Source: Octopus sinensis
Lineage: Eukaryota
Reading direction: 5' to 3'
Assembly (NCBI RefSeq): GCF_006345805.1
Contig: NC_043021.1
Span: forward strand, 3,782,001-3,846,000
DNA length: 64,000 bases
This document shows, piece after piece, positions 25,755 to 38,608 of this stretch (positions are counted from its first letter, which is position 1; each line of letters opens with the position of its first letter). The position numbers and the translations under genes are program-made. A model generated the notes under the pieces. It saw only the letters and a program-made list of their open reading frames with translations, ran no database searches and was not told where the DNA came from.

Positions 25755-27711
25755 GTACAGTGGCTTCTTCTTTTCACAGGCAACATTTCTAACCAAAAGA
25801 AACATATTTGGTCTCACATTTGACTAAATCCCAACCTTTTATTTTTCTCAAGGTTTAGTTGGGAGGAAGAGGAAGTAATGGCAATGACGGTGGCTCAACC
25901 CCTATGTCTCTCCTTTCCGGGGGCCTCTAAGGTTGGTGGGAGGAAGTTATTCCCAGACTGCAGACCCAACACAAATACCTATTTCCTTACTACCCACAAG
26001 GGGCTAAACACAGAGAGGATAAACAAGGACAGACAAACGGATTAAGTCAATTATATCGACCCCAGTGCGTAACTGGTACTTATTTAATTGACCCTGAAAG
26101 GATGAAAGGCAAAGTCGACCTCGGCGGAATTTGAACTCAGAACACAAATACCTATTTCCTTACTTGAACCCAACACAAATACCTATTTCCTTACTACCCA
26201 CAAGGGGCTAAATACAGAGAGGATAAACAAGGACAGACAAACGGATTAAGTCAATTATATCGACCCCAGTGCGTAACTGGTACTTATTTAATCGACCCCG
26301 AAAGGATGAAAGGCAAAGTCAATCTCGGCGGAATTTGAACTCAGAACGTAAAGACAGATGAAATACCACTAAGCATTTCGCCCTGCGTGCTAATGATTCT
26401 GCCAGCTCACAAATACCTGAGCGGTGGCAGATGAAGTATGCAGCTATTCATATTTTATGATATTTAAAAATTTTTTCTAGGTAGGAGAGAGAGAAAAACA
26501 TTGCACATGACTTTTGCCAGGGATTCTGACACAGGTGGGGCAGAAGGTATTCTCAAGCTGGACATCTGATTAAATTGCTTGCATCTGCATCAGAGTGGAC
26601 TCTTCTAAAAGCATCTAAGTTCCAGATGGTGGTGTTAAAGTGGACAATATGATATTATCTTCTACCTTAGAAGAGAGAGAGAGAGAGAGCACCCTTTCAA
26701 TGAGCTTCCATACAATTTCCACCTACCAAATTGCATTCATAAGGTTTTAGTTGACCTGAAACTGCCCAAAGTGCTGGTTGCCAGTTGGTTCAAATCTGAA
26801 GCACATGGTGAATTGAACTGGGATATTTTATTCATCATCATACTGCTTATAAATTCAAAGGCAGCGTAAAAGACTCCTGTGCAAGTGACACACAAAAGGC
26901 ACTCATGCCACTTACACGTAAATATGCAATAGATAGAAGGATCCATTGGAGGGGCCCAATTATCAATTTTTTTTCAACAATCTAAGTATGTCACAAGGTT
27001 TCCAGACATGAGCTCTACTCATGTGTCAAATAAAGTATAAAATTGATATTGTCTGCAAAAGTTAGAAATTGGACACACAAAAGATCAATATTCAAAGTAA
27101 CTGAACATAAACAATGAATCCTGTAAAATATTTCTATATTCGATGGCTCAATTGGTTTCATGAAAATGTTGTATGAACTGTAAATAAGCAACAAATATTA
27201 TGATTTGTAAAATAAGTATAAGTGATACAGGGTGTCCCAAGTGAATGTGGTGTGCAAGTTTGGTTTCATTTAAAAAAAAATTTAAGCATTCAAAATATGA
27301 GTTCATTGTATTGGTTCACACTTATTAAATACGTTCTGGAATCAAAAATTTATGTACTGTCATCAAAAGATTTTGACAGGAAAAATGCAGGATTATTGAA
27401 GTTATGGGCATTGAAAGTGTACATGCATCAAGAAAGTGCAATAATAAGGTTTAGTAGTTCAAAACTGAAATGCAGAATTAGGTTCGCTGATCATGAGATT
27501 CAAATATTGATTCCTTCGCTAAAAACTAACAACTGTAAGTGCAGGTGTTATGGGTTATTTCACTTGGGTGTTTAAAAATAATTAGTTATAAAAGGTAAAT
27601 ATAAAGATCCCTTCCAGGGGCCGTATTATCGACATTTTCAACAATCTAAGTATGTCATGAGGTTTCCAGACATGAGTTCTACTCACGTGTCATATGTTTT
27701 CCACATATGTA

Positions 27712-27755
<44 letters not shown>

Positions 27756-27825
27756 GGGTGGGTGAGAAAACGTATATGAGATCCCATGTTACTAACACTC
27801 TTAGTTGTTTAATTTGCTGTTGAAG

Positions 27826-27989
27826 GATGCTGAAGTCCATGGCACTGGTAAGGCAGTCAGTTCTTATATTGCATTATTGACTTGTGAAGAACCTTCTGGG
27901 GAGACGTTCTTGAAATATGTTGCAACATCTGCAGACCAAGCTGAATATCTTGAGAATAAAATTCTTCGGCGGGATATGACGTGCGTCAG
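27826..27989 (+). CDS. EFCAB5: EFCAB5-like exon (DAEVHGTGKAVSSYIALL...LENKILRRDMTCV)
   Basis: Matches recalled DAEAHGNKKISAHISLL...VLYRDMKGI. Phase 0 to 2, GTAATA donor. Confidence 0.9.
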
Positions 27990-28111
27990 GTAATAACTGT
28001 GAATTTTTGTTATTCAGTTCTTTGCTGCTCTGTGATATGAATTCTCTACTGCTTAACCCTTCTAATACCAATTCTTGGATTCTTTGATCAAAACTAATAT
28101 TTGATTATTAA

Positions 28112-28331
28112 CCCTTTTGTTACTAACCTGGCCAAAACCGGCTCTGGCTCTGTGGTGAAATGTCTTGTTTTCATAAGTTTTGAATTAAAATCTTCCACCA
28201 AGCCTTAGTCACAATTTATGTTCCTAACACTAGCTGAATGATAACTAAGTTATTTTACTAAATTCTTTGTTATATTTAAAATAATTGAAAGAAACACAGA
28301 GCATCTCAAAATAAATACAGTAACAAAAGGG
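28112..28331. mobile_element. piggyBac-like MITE
   Basis: TTAA|CCCTTTTGTTACT ... AGTAACAAAAGGG|TTAA. Confidence 0.8.
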
Positions 28332-28904
28332 TTAAAGTCTTCTGTCATAATTTTATGTGAGAAATTTTTGTGAATTTTTTCCCAATTTCTAAAACTTAGT
28401 TTAAAGTAGGAATAAAGTGCAAAGGTTCTATGACCAAATACTTCCATTAAAACAATTTTTTTCAAGAAGTGCAGGCTTAACTGTGTGGTAAGAAACTTAC
28501 TTCCCATTCACATGGTTCTGGGTTCAGTTCCATCGCATGGCACTTTAGGAAAGTATCTTCTATTATAGCCTGTGAGTGAATTTGGTTGATGGAAACTGAA
28601 AGAAGCCAGTCATATACGTGTGTGTGTGTGTGTATGTGTACTTATTACACACATGTGAGTGAGAACACTTTGAGATATTTTTGGTATCTAACATCTGTCA
28701 GATACTGCGAGCGCTGCTTCTCATTGGTCAATCCATGGTGATGACCCGAGGTGACAGCGCTGCTTCTGATTGGTCAATCCATGGTGATGACCCGAAGTCA
28801 CGGTGACAGCACTACTTTTGTCATTCAGAAGTTACAACTAAATGTGAAGAATTTAGTTATTGGGTTAATAAAATATGGTCGTTTATTCGTGTGTAATAAA
28901 TAAA

Positions 28905-29046
28905 ATACCAAACTCATTCCCTATGGATACCGTATTTATTACAACGAGTGGCTTGTAAACGTATCTAACGAGCGAAAGCGAGTTAGATACGTTTACAAGC
29001 CACGAGTTGTAATAAATACGGTATCCATAGGGAACTCGTTTGGTAT
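28905..29046. repeat. 142-bp hairpin with a GCGAAAGC apex and three 3-nt mismatch bubbles
   Basis: Symmetric about 28975/28976, with mismatches only at three 3-nt bubbles (one of them slightly wider). Confidence 0.85.
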
Positions 29047-29247
29047 TCTCTATTTATAATATTAAGTATGTTTTAAAAAGTATGGGCTATTTACTGAGTG
29101 CTCATGGAGAGCCAATACAAAAAAATCCAGGGTAGAGAAGATTGAAAAGGCAAATCCTAGGCAGTCAAACGGATTTTGGAATGCATAAATGGAAACATCC
29201 AATCAAAGTGCTTGAATTTTATATATATATATACATATATAATATAT

Positions 29248-29346
<99 letters not shown>

Positions 29347-29509
29347 TGAGAAAACACCGTAACTTAGAAGTTCAGCTAAAGAAACTGATAGAATAATTAC
29401 TAATGTTAAGAAATTAGTCCCGGGGTCAATTTCTTTGACTAAAAAAAAAACCTCCTTTAAGACAGTGTTCCAGCATGGCCACAGTCAAATGACCGAAACA
29501 AACAAAAGA

Positions 29510-29962
29510 ATAACGTTAAAATGTCTGCCACATCAACCGTGACCCGTTTGCTGGTGTGGTTCCACTGCAGTGAAGTTGAGTTTTTGTATGTTTTTGAATG
29601 ATTAAAATGTATCCTCGATGCTGTGATGTAGGGATTCTCGACCCTTTTTTTTTATCTATGGATCCCTTTGATTACAATTTTATTCGGGTGGACGCCGCCT
29701 TCCCCCAATCACTCGATGTTTAAAAACTAGTTTTAGAGAAACTTCTTTCGAAATTCCCATTCTTTCTGTTGTTCACACATTAACTTGCCCAGGATGAAAG
29801 AAACCAATACATACATCTAAAGCAAAAAGCATTTTCAAAGGCCTTTAAGATACAAGAGGGGGGGGGGATTCCGAATTTACTATTTTGTTGTGTGGACCCC
29901 CGAAAATCGTATATGGGCCTTCAGGGGTTAGGTTATATGGACCCCCGGCTGAGAACCGGTAC
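29510..29962 (-). mobile_element. Probable hAT-type DNA transposon remnant
   Basis: Minus-strand end CAGTACCGGTTCTCAGCCGGGGGTCC resembles hAT/Charlie-type termini. The opposite end was not found. Confidence 0.35.
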
Positions 29963-30078
29963 TGTTTTGGTTTTAAGAAATAACTAGCGGTGTAAGGGAG
30001 ACAATTCTCAAGAAACTCTTACAACCATTGCATCTTTTGAATGCTAAGACTCGTTAAACTTTACTGTCACGTGGGGAA

Positions 30079-30469
30079 TACTCTTTTACTTCGTTTCAGT
30101 CATTTTGAATGTGGCCATGCTGGAGCATCGCCTTTAGTCGAACAAATCGACTCCAGGACTTATTCTTTGTAAGCCCAGTACTTATTCTATCAGTCTCTTT
30201 TGCCGAACCGCTAATTGACGGGGACGTAAACACACCAGCATCGGTTGTCAAGCAATGCTAGGGGGACAAACACAGACACACAAACATATATATATATACA
30301 TATATACGACGGGCTTCTTTCAGTTTCCGTCTACCAAATCCACTCACAAGGCATTGGTCGGCCCAGGGCTATAGCAGAAGACACTTGCCCAAGATGCCAC
30401 GCAGTGGGACTGAACCTGGAACCATGTGGTTGGTAAGCAAGCTACTTACCACACAGCCACTCCTGCGCC
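30079..30469 (-). mobile_element. SINE family A
   Basis: Full match. Degenerate or partial copies also at about 136, 4960, 13670, 19515, 22021, 24515, 41703, 45020 and 48110. Confidence 0.85.
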
Positions 30470-30601
30470 TGAATGTGACTTTCTTTTAGTTTTTTTTTTT
30501 GTTTTACTTGTTTCAGTCATTGGACAGTGACCATGCTGCCAACTTACTGCCTTACTTTGTCTACCAATATTACTTACTTTCTTTGTTGTTCTTCCTTTCA
30601 G

Positions 30602-30686
30602 CTTCATGTGTATTGATAGAGGTGTGCCAGTACACGTACCCAAAGTAAAAAGTCATGGTAAGGTTTTCTTCTGGAATACTGACGAG
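30602..30686 (+). CDS. EFCAB5: EFCAB5-like exon (SFMCIDRGVPVHVPKVKSHGKVFFWNTDE)
   Basis: Matches recalled [26 protein letters not shown]. Strong tract + cAG, GTAATT donor, phase 2 to 0. Confidence 0.92.
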
Positions 30687-32826
30687 GTAATTATGTAAGA
30701 ATTTTTTTTGTAATTTCCTCCATTTGGTTTATCTAGTCTTTTAAGGTACACACACACACACATATAGAAAATGTGATGTCATCGTATAAAATTTTTACAA
30801 TAGTTGATTTATGGAAAAGATTATGTCAAATTTTTGAAATGCAAATATGTGAATGGAAATTAAGTTTAATTTGTAGCCAAAATAGTACTGAATCTTTTGA
30901 TACCCCTACATGTCAAAATCTATAACTCAGTTTTGGAAAGCATAAAGAATATATAATATATAAGATAGGATCTCACATAACAATACAGACGTAAGACCTG
31001 GTAGAAATAGCAGCCAAATCTCCCTCAAAACACCCTGCTGTCTTAATCCGACAATTCTGCCTATTATGTAGTTTGAATGAGAGACTGTAACTAAAGATTA
31101 AGATTATTAACTCCACAGAGAGGTGAAAGAAGAACATAGCGATGGTTTTGGCTGACTGTCATCCTGTACTCCCCTTGTTGCTAGTGAAATGGCATGTGCC
31201 GGCTGTCTGAGCAACTGGTTGTTTTAATGGCAGAACAAACAGGGCATAAAGATTACAAAAATAGCGATTCTCACTTTGAAACTAGTGATTTAGAAAATCT
31301 TTTCAGATTATGGAATGCCCTGCTCTCTCATGTATCCATGTTTAAAATTTCAGCATGATCGGATGAACAATACTCGAGTTATAAGCACACAAACAGACAA
31401 AACAGATTTTATATATTAAGATTTCGGGATAGTCATTTCTTTTATTTTGCCAAATAAACACACGCACAATACATTCGTTTTTCACTCATTTATTACATTT
31501 CTTATTTTATATCCATTGTCTGGAAATGTTTCATCACACACCTGTGACCTCTTCAGCAAATCTGTTCTTGTGTATCCTTCTGCTCCACTTAATGAATTCT
31601 GTCCTACTGTGATGTGTATCCTTATCTGTGCATACGATTGCATCTGTGTGTGTGTTTGTGCATACACATGTCTGTGTTTCACTTGTGTGCTTATGTGCGT
31701 ATACATTGGCTTGTCCACTACACTATATATATCCGTGCCTTTTATATTAAGACATGCACCCAACACCAGAGCTGAAGACACCTCCGAAAGGGAGGGGCCC
31801 CACCACGTCAAAACGATAGAGGAGTAGGGGGCCAAAACCGGACATGGTTCCTCCTGATGATGTCTTGAGCTAACTGGATCCTATAAAGGAGCTGTTGTGG
31901 TAGCAGACCACGAAACACGGTTGTAATTCCCCTTGTTATTGTTGTCGTCATTGTTCTTAGTGGTACTCTTACCCTTCCCTAACCTACATTTTCTCTTCTG
32001 TTGCTGCCGCTGCTGTTCTTGACCCTTACTCTTGATATTGTTTTGATATTCATGTTGTTATTGTCATTGTTGTTGTCATCATTGTTGTTCATGTTGTTGT
32101 GAAGTTACTCTGTGTATTTTGTCTGTATATGGGTTTGGTTACTATGTTTGTATCCATGTCCTTTACAGTTTTAGTTTTTGTTTATTTATCTCTATTTCTT
32201 ATATTTATCACAGGTGTGTGCATATCTGTCTTTTGTGTGTGTATTACACTGTTTGTACCTGTCTTTTTTTTCTCCTTTCTGCCTTTAGTCACCGTGTTGT
32301 GTGGTGGTGGTGGTGGGGTGTTATTGTTCCATTCATGTTTTCTGTTGAGGCTCAGTCTGTTTATTACTATGTGTATGGCCTCTGTAATCTGTCAAAGTGT
32401 TGTGTCAGTTCTATGCATTGATAATACCTTAATCTCTCTGTTATTAACCAAGCCTCTATATTCTGCTTGAGCACTGACGAGTTAATATTTATGTTCCTGT
32501 AACTTGGCCATTTGGCAAAGGAGACCAATAGAATAAGTACTAGGCTTACAAAGAATAAGTCCCGGGGTTGAATTGTTTTACTAAAACCCTTTAGGGCAGT
32601 GCTCCAGCATGGCCGGAGTCAAATGACTGAAACGAGTAAAAGAATAAAAGGACTACATATAATGTAGACCTGCATATATTACTGTTGAAACCACAATGGA
32701 ATGGTCTTGGTTGGAGCATCTCTGATAAAAGTTCTCTTCTTTTTCAGGGTTGAACTGGGACGTTATGTATTAACAACAATGAAAGAAACAGTTTTAATGT
32801 CTGTGTTCCTGTTTTGTTATTTCTAG

Positions 32827-32961
32827 AAAAATAATGGCTCGCTCTTACTGATACCAGTGAAAAACAAGAAGCATAAGGTGTTTGGACTGTTGGGCATTGA
32901 TACATTACACTGTCCCTGTGAGACGGCTGTGTTTGTTAACCACGAAATCAAATACTACCAG
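32827..32961 (+). CDS. EFCAB5: EFCAB5-like GAF-region exon (KNNGSLLLIPVKNKKHKVFGLLGIDTLHCPCETAVFVNHEIKYYQ)
   Basis: Matches recalled [43 protein letters not shown]. ttctAG / GTCAGT, 45 codons. Confidence 0.92.
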
Positions 32962-34254
32962 GTCAGTCAGTTGTCACTTTTGTTTATTACCAAAGTATCG
33001 TTTGGTAGAGTTATTAGTGTTGCACAAAAAAAATTTGAAGCATTTAGTTATGACCCTTTACATTCTGGAGGCACATGGCTTAGTGGTGAAGGTGTTGGAC
33101 TCATGATTGTAAGATTATGGTTTCGATTCCTGGACTGGGTAATACATTGTGTTCTTGAGTAAAACACTTCATTTCACTTTGCTCCCGTCTACTCAGCTGG
33201 CAAAAATGAGTAATCCTACGATGGGCTGGCATCCTGTCCAGGTGAGGAATATATACGCCATGGAAACTGGGGAACTGGCTCTATATATTTATATATATAT
33301 GTTTCTTTATTACCCACATGGGGCTAAACACAGAGGAGACAAACAAGGACAGACAAACGGATTAAGTCGATAACATCGACCCCAGTGCGTAACTGGCACT
33401 TAATTTATCGACCCCGAAAGGATGAAAGGTAAAGTCGACCTCGGCGGAATTTGAACTCAGAACATAAAGACGGACGAAATACGGCTATGCATTTCGCCCG
33501 GCGTACTAACGATTCTGCCAGCTCGCCGCCTTATTTATATATACATAGTATGTGTGTGTGTGGTTGTGTACATGTGTGTATGTATGTGTGTGTGTGTGTG
33601 TGTTTCCTTGTCTTGACATCACGTATACAATGTAATAAAGCATCAACATCATACACGCTTGAGTCATTCATTTCTTTACGAACATGTCTGACCATGTTTG
33701 GAAATAGTTGAAGGTTGTTGATAGGAAATGCATCCAGCCACAGAAAATCTGCCTCAATTCTTTCTGAGCCATAGAATCATGAAAAAGTGAATGCTAAACG
33801 CTGACTGTAATATTAGCTTCAAATTTTGGCACAAGGCCAGGGAATTTGGGTTAAGTGGGTAAGTCTATTACATCAACTCTAGTGTTCAATTGGTACTTCA
33901 AAACTTCCATGCTTTCCGAGATTCGCCAATGCTACACCTGATTTTCTCCCCTCCATACACACACAAGCATGTATCTGATTCATACATTATTTGCTTTCCA
34001 GACATTTTTACATTACTGCATACACTTTATACGCACTTTCTGACAAGTTGTGGTGCACCTGAGCACTGTATACAATAATTTCATCATTATTATTATATTT
34101 TTTTTTTTTTTTTTACTTATTTTATTGACCCTGAGAACTGCAGCAGAATTTGAACTCTGATTGTAAAGTTGGAAGTAATGCCACTCAGCATTTTGTCTGA
34201 CCCAGTAACAATCCTGCCAACTCATCACCTTCATACTGACTATATTATAAACTT

Positions 34255-35037
34255 GGCGAGCTGGCAGAAACGTTAGCGCGCTGGGCGAAATGCTTAGCGG
34301 TATTTCGTCTGTCGTTACGTTCTGAGTTCAAATTCCACCAAGGCCAACTTTGCCTTTCATCCTTTCGGGGTCGATAAATTAAGTAAACAGTTATGCACTG
34401 AGGTTGATGTAATTGACTTAATACCTATGTCTGTCCTTGTTTGTCCCCTCTGTGTTTAGCCCCTTGTGGGTAATAAAGAAATAGGTATTTCGTCTGTCGT
34501 TACGTTGTGAGTTCAAATACCGCCGAGGTCGACTTTGCCTTTCATCCTTTCGGGGTCGATAAATTAAGTAAACAGTTACGCACTGGGGTTGATGTAATCG
34601 ACTTAATACCTATGTCTGTCCTTGTTTGTTCCCTCTGTGTTTAGCCCCTTGTGGGTAATAAAGAAATAGGTATTTCGTCTGTCGTTACGTTGTGAGTTCA
34701 AATACCGCCGAGGTCGACTTTGCCTTTCATCCTTTCGGGGTCGATAAATTAAGTAAACAGTTACGCACTGGGGTTGATGTAATCGACTTAATACCTATGT
34801 CTGTCCTTGTTTGTTCCCTCTGTGTTTAGCCCCTTGTGGGTAATAAAGAAATAGGTATTTTGTCTGTCGTTATGTTCTGAGTTCAAATTCCACCGAGGCC
34901 AACTTTGCCTTTCATCCTTTCGGGGTCGATAAATAAAGTACCAGTTACCCACTGGGGTCGATATAATCGACTCAATCCCTTCGTCTGTCCTTGTTTGTCC
35001 CCTCTATGTTTAGCCCCTTCTGGGCAGTAAAGAAATA
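34255..35037 (+). mobile_element. SINE family B tetramer (head + 4 x 185-bp units), 14-bp TSD
   Basis: Units start at 34299, 34484, 34669 and 34854. tatattataaactt at 34241-34254 and 35038-35051. Confidence 0.9.
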
Positions 35038-35160
35038 TATATTATAAACTTATTGACACTTTTCTGAAATATCATTTACATTTCTCTTTATTGGCCAACA
35101 GACCTTAATGTTTCCATTTTTGATATTTCTTTTACTTCACAACATCAACATCTTCTCAAG

Positions 35161-35414
35161 GGCATTGCAAGAGCTTTCAGCATCGCCTATCACTGCACTA
35201 AAATGCGTCAATGGATGCTCACGGTCCTAGAGAGCGGAATCCGATGGATGCAACGTTATTGCTTTTATATTGGTGAAGTTACTACATACATTGTAGAACC
35301 AGTCTTTAAAAGGAAAGACCTAAATCTAAAACCAATTATGTCCATTAATTCTGATGGAGTTACTACTGTGTTTAACAATCCTAATATCCTTCGAAGAAAG
35401 GCAAGCTTATTTAA
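35161..35414 (+). CDS. EFCAB5: EFCAB5-like exon (GIARAFSIAYHCTKMRQWMLTVLESGIRWMQ...NILRRKASLFK)
   Basis: Matches recalled [30 protein letters not shown]...TIHRKSCIFR. Phase 0 to 2, GTGAGT donor. Confidence 0.92.
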
Positions 35415-35779
35415 GTGAGTATAATGTTATATTATATATGTTTATCATTTTTTCTAGTGAGGATGTAGTCAATTTTGGCTGGTGTGTCTGCCAGAACGGT
35501 AGGTGACTAGGGGACTGGTAGGTTTCCTGAAGTTAGTATTGCAAACCATAAGATCATTTGCTGAGCTACAGGAACAAAAACACAGGCATAAAACATACAT
35601 ACACACACACACAAACAATGGGCTTCTTTCAGTTTCCATCTGTCAAATCCTCTCACAAGACTTAGGTTGGCCCAAAGCTGTAGTAGATGACACTTGCCCA
35701 AGATGTCACTCAGCAGGACTGAACCCGGAACTATGTGATTGGGAATTAAACTTCTTACCATACACTTCCACCAGTGCCT

Positions 35780-36350
35780 ATAAGCCACACCTGCACCTAT
35801 ACGCCACAGCTGCCCCTATAAGTCATGCCGGGTCCTATAAGCCATGCTGCTCCTGCACCTATAAGCTACACCTGCACATATAAGCTATGCCTACACCTAT
35901 AAGTCACACCTGTGCCTATAAGCCACACCTGCGCCTATACGCCACACCTGCATCTATACACCACAGCTGCCCCTATAAGCCATGCTGCACCTGCACCTAT
36001 AAGCCACACCCACACATATAAGCTATGCCTACACCTATAAGCCACACCTTCACCTATACGCCACACCTGCATCTATACACCACACCTGCATCTATACGGC
36101 ACAGCTGCCCCTATAAGTCATGCTGCTCCTGTACATATTAGCCAAAGTTGCCTATAAGCCACATCTGCGCCTATACACCACAGCTGCCCCTATAAGTCAT
36201 GCCGGGTCCTATAAGCCATGCTGATCCTGCACATATAAGCTATGCCTACACCTATTAGCCAAAGTTGACTATAAGCCATACCTGTGCCTATAAGCCATGC
36301 CTGTGCCTATAAGCCATGCCCATGCCTGTAAGCTGTGCCTATACAGAACT
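35780..36350. repeat. Variant minisatellite of roughly 18-bp units (gccacacctgcacctataa)
   Basis: About 30 degenerate units directly after an inverted SINE-A head and ending about 45 nt before the 36395 acceptor. Confidence 0.85.
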
Positions 36351-36394
36351 GTTTGTTTATTTATATATTGCCCAGCATCTTGTTTGCTTTGCAG

Positions 36395-36651
36395 GGACTA
36401 TTTGTTCCATTGCATGGATTGCTCTATGACTGTAACTGCCACCTCTTACGACGAACACCACATAGCTTACCCTATCCGTGGTGTTGATGGTAAGGTGTAC
36501 TTAATTATGGATATTATTGCAAAGAGGCTGATCAATCGTTTACCAAACTACCAACTCAATGAACTTCTGAGGATTCTTAGACTGCTCCAAACAGCTTATA
36601 AGGAGATCTGGAATGAGCTGTGGGATAGCGAACAGCCCATCACATTTCTTG
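36395..36651 (+). CDS. EFCAB5: EFCAB5-like exon (DYLFHCMDCSMTVTATSYDEHHIAYPIRGVDG...QTAYKEIWNELWDSEQPITFL)
   Basis: Matches recalled [32 protein letters not shown]. ttgcAG / GTAAGT, phase 2 to 1. Confidence 0.92.
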
Positions 36652-37519
36652 GTAAGTTCCATCCATTTCTGGTTAATCGCTTCATCTTAGACCCCTTTCA
36701 GTTATGACTGGAGATGGGATTACACCTAGAAAGTTTCTCTCTGAGTCACAAGTCCGGGCAAGGGTGTTTATGGAAGACCAGCAGCCCTCCATGCATACCA
36801 GCTTCCCCTCAGTATGCCACTGGTATTATCCAAGAGCTGGCAGAAACAAGGGGCTAAACACAGAGGGGACAAACAAGGACAGACACACGGATTAAGTGCG
36901 TAACTGGCACTTAATTTATCGACCCCGAAAGGATGAAAGGTAAAGTCGAAATGCGTAGCAGTATTTCGTCTGCCGTTACGTTCTGAGTTCAAATTCCGCT
37001 GAGGTCGACTTTGCCTTTCATCCTTTCGGGGTCGATAAATTAAGTACCAGTTACGCACTGGGGTCGATATAATCGACTTAATCCGTTTGTCCCCTCTGTG
37101 TTTAGGCCCTTGTGGGTAGTAAAGAAATAGGTATTATTCAAGAGAAAGGCAAAGGGGCCAATACAGCTTGGCACCAGTGACATCACAACTGATTTCTACA
37201 ACTGAGTGAGCTGGAGCAGTGTAAAATAGTTTTCTTGCTTTTAATTAAGACTAATTCTAATCAGATTTATGTATCATTGGATTTAAGATAATGCAACACA
37301 TGCTTTAAAAAGAAAAAAAAAACTTTCACTATGATGACAAGTTGTTGTTGAGAGAGACATTCAGGGAGAGAGAGAAAGAGAGAGACAGAGAGAGACATTC
37401 AGTGAGAGAGGGAGAGGTGGGTGTGTATATATGAAAGAATTAACTCTAGCTTTCACATTACTCTGTCAAACGTAATGTTTATTTATTTACATTGTTTTCA
37501 ACTAATCCTTTATAATAAT

Positions 37520-38130
37520 AATAATAATAATGAAATTATTGTATACAGTGCTCAGGCGCACCACAACTTGTCAGAAAGTGCATATAAAGTACATGCAGTA
37601 ATGTACAAATGTCTGGGAAGCGAACAATGTATGAGTCAGATACATGCTTGTGTGTGTATGGAGGGGAGAAAATCAGGTGTAGTGTTGGCGAATCTCAGAA
37701 AGCATGGAAGTGTTGAAGGATGCAGTGCTCCGACAACTAACAACTGATGCCAGCAGTTCCATGCTTCAGCAACTCTCAGCGTGAAAAAATGTTTCCTGAA
37801 GTCATGGGAGCTGTGCTGTTTTCTGACTTTGTAAATATGTCCACGGGTGTTAGATGGGTGGAGTTTGAAAAGGTGCTCAGAGTTATTGTTTGTACGATCG
37901 TTGATAATTTTATGGGTGTCTGCCAAGTCAGCTGCCAGACGTCGGAGTTTCAATGTGTCCATGCCCAGGAAGTAAGGCGTTCAGGATATGGCAAATGCCT
38001 GATGGAGGGTATTCTTTTGGTTGCACGTTGCTGAACAGCTTCCAGACGATTGATATCCTGGGCAAGATAGGGGTTCCAGACCTGTGATGCAAATTCCAAG
38101 TGAGGTCTTTATCATGTTGCAGTGTTGAGA
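37520..38130 (-). mobile_element. CR1/L2-type LINE 3' end
   Basis: DTLKLRRLAADLADTHKI...TRGHIYKVRK...RKHFFTLRVAEAWN, 3' UTR and (ATT)n tail. Confidence 0.85.
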
Positions 38131-38331
38131 TTTCAATGATGTGATTGTATATTTTCAAAATGGCATTGCAGGGTAGTTGCAAGAGGCAGGATCTGGCCAG
38201 TTTGAACTTAGAATGGAGAGAAATGGCTGGATTAAATGCCAAAGGGTTAAAATTTCTTTCAAGAAAAAAAAAATACAGGTGGTGTTGTTGTTGAGAGAGG
38301 AATACAGTGAGAGAGAGAGAGAGAGTGTGTG

Positions 38332-38369
<38 letters not shown>

Positions 38370-38608
38370 CCAATTGTTATCACCATAGTAATTAACAAGA
38401 TTTTCTCCATATAGCAATTAAAAGAAGGTAGGTACATGCATGAATAACAAATATTTTTATTGGCAGTATAACAATAGGTAAAGACCTAGTTTGTTTTAAT
38501 CAATAGCTTCTAGGTCAGCATTGATCAACCAGATATAGGATTTATAGCTCTCCAGCCTTGACCATCCCATCCCACTTTTTCTTACATAGATGATGTATTA
38601 TTAAATGA

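Noticed and set aside
26500-26670. Minus-strand exon following the 26756 donor
   Set aside because: The required phase-2 frame hits a stop immediately at both candidate acceptors.
31752-31930. Hammerhead in the repeat shared with 47050-47225 (CUGAUGA...GAAAC-ACGGUU-GUA, and an upstream CUGAAGA)
   Set aside because: Stem I does not pair and stem II fails after 2 bp. It may be a decayed Penelope-like LTR, but it is not supportable as a ribozyme.
34255-35037. CRISPR-like or satellite reading of the regular 185-bp array
   Set aside because: There are no unique spacers, the sequence is eukaryotic, and the units are SINE bodies.
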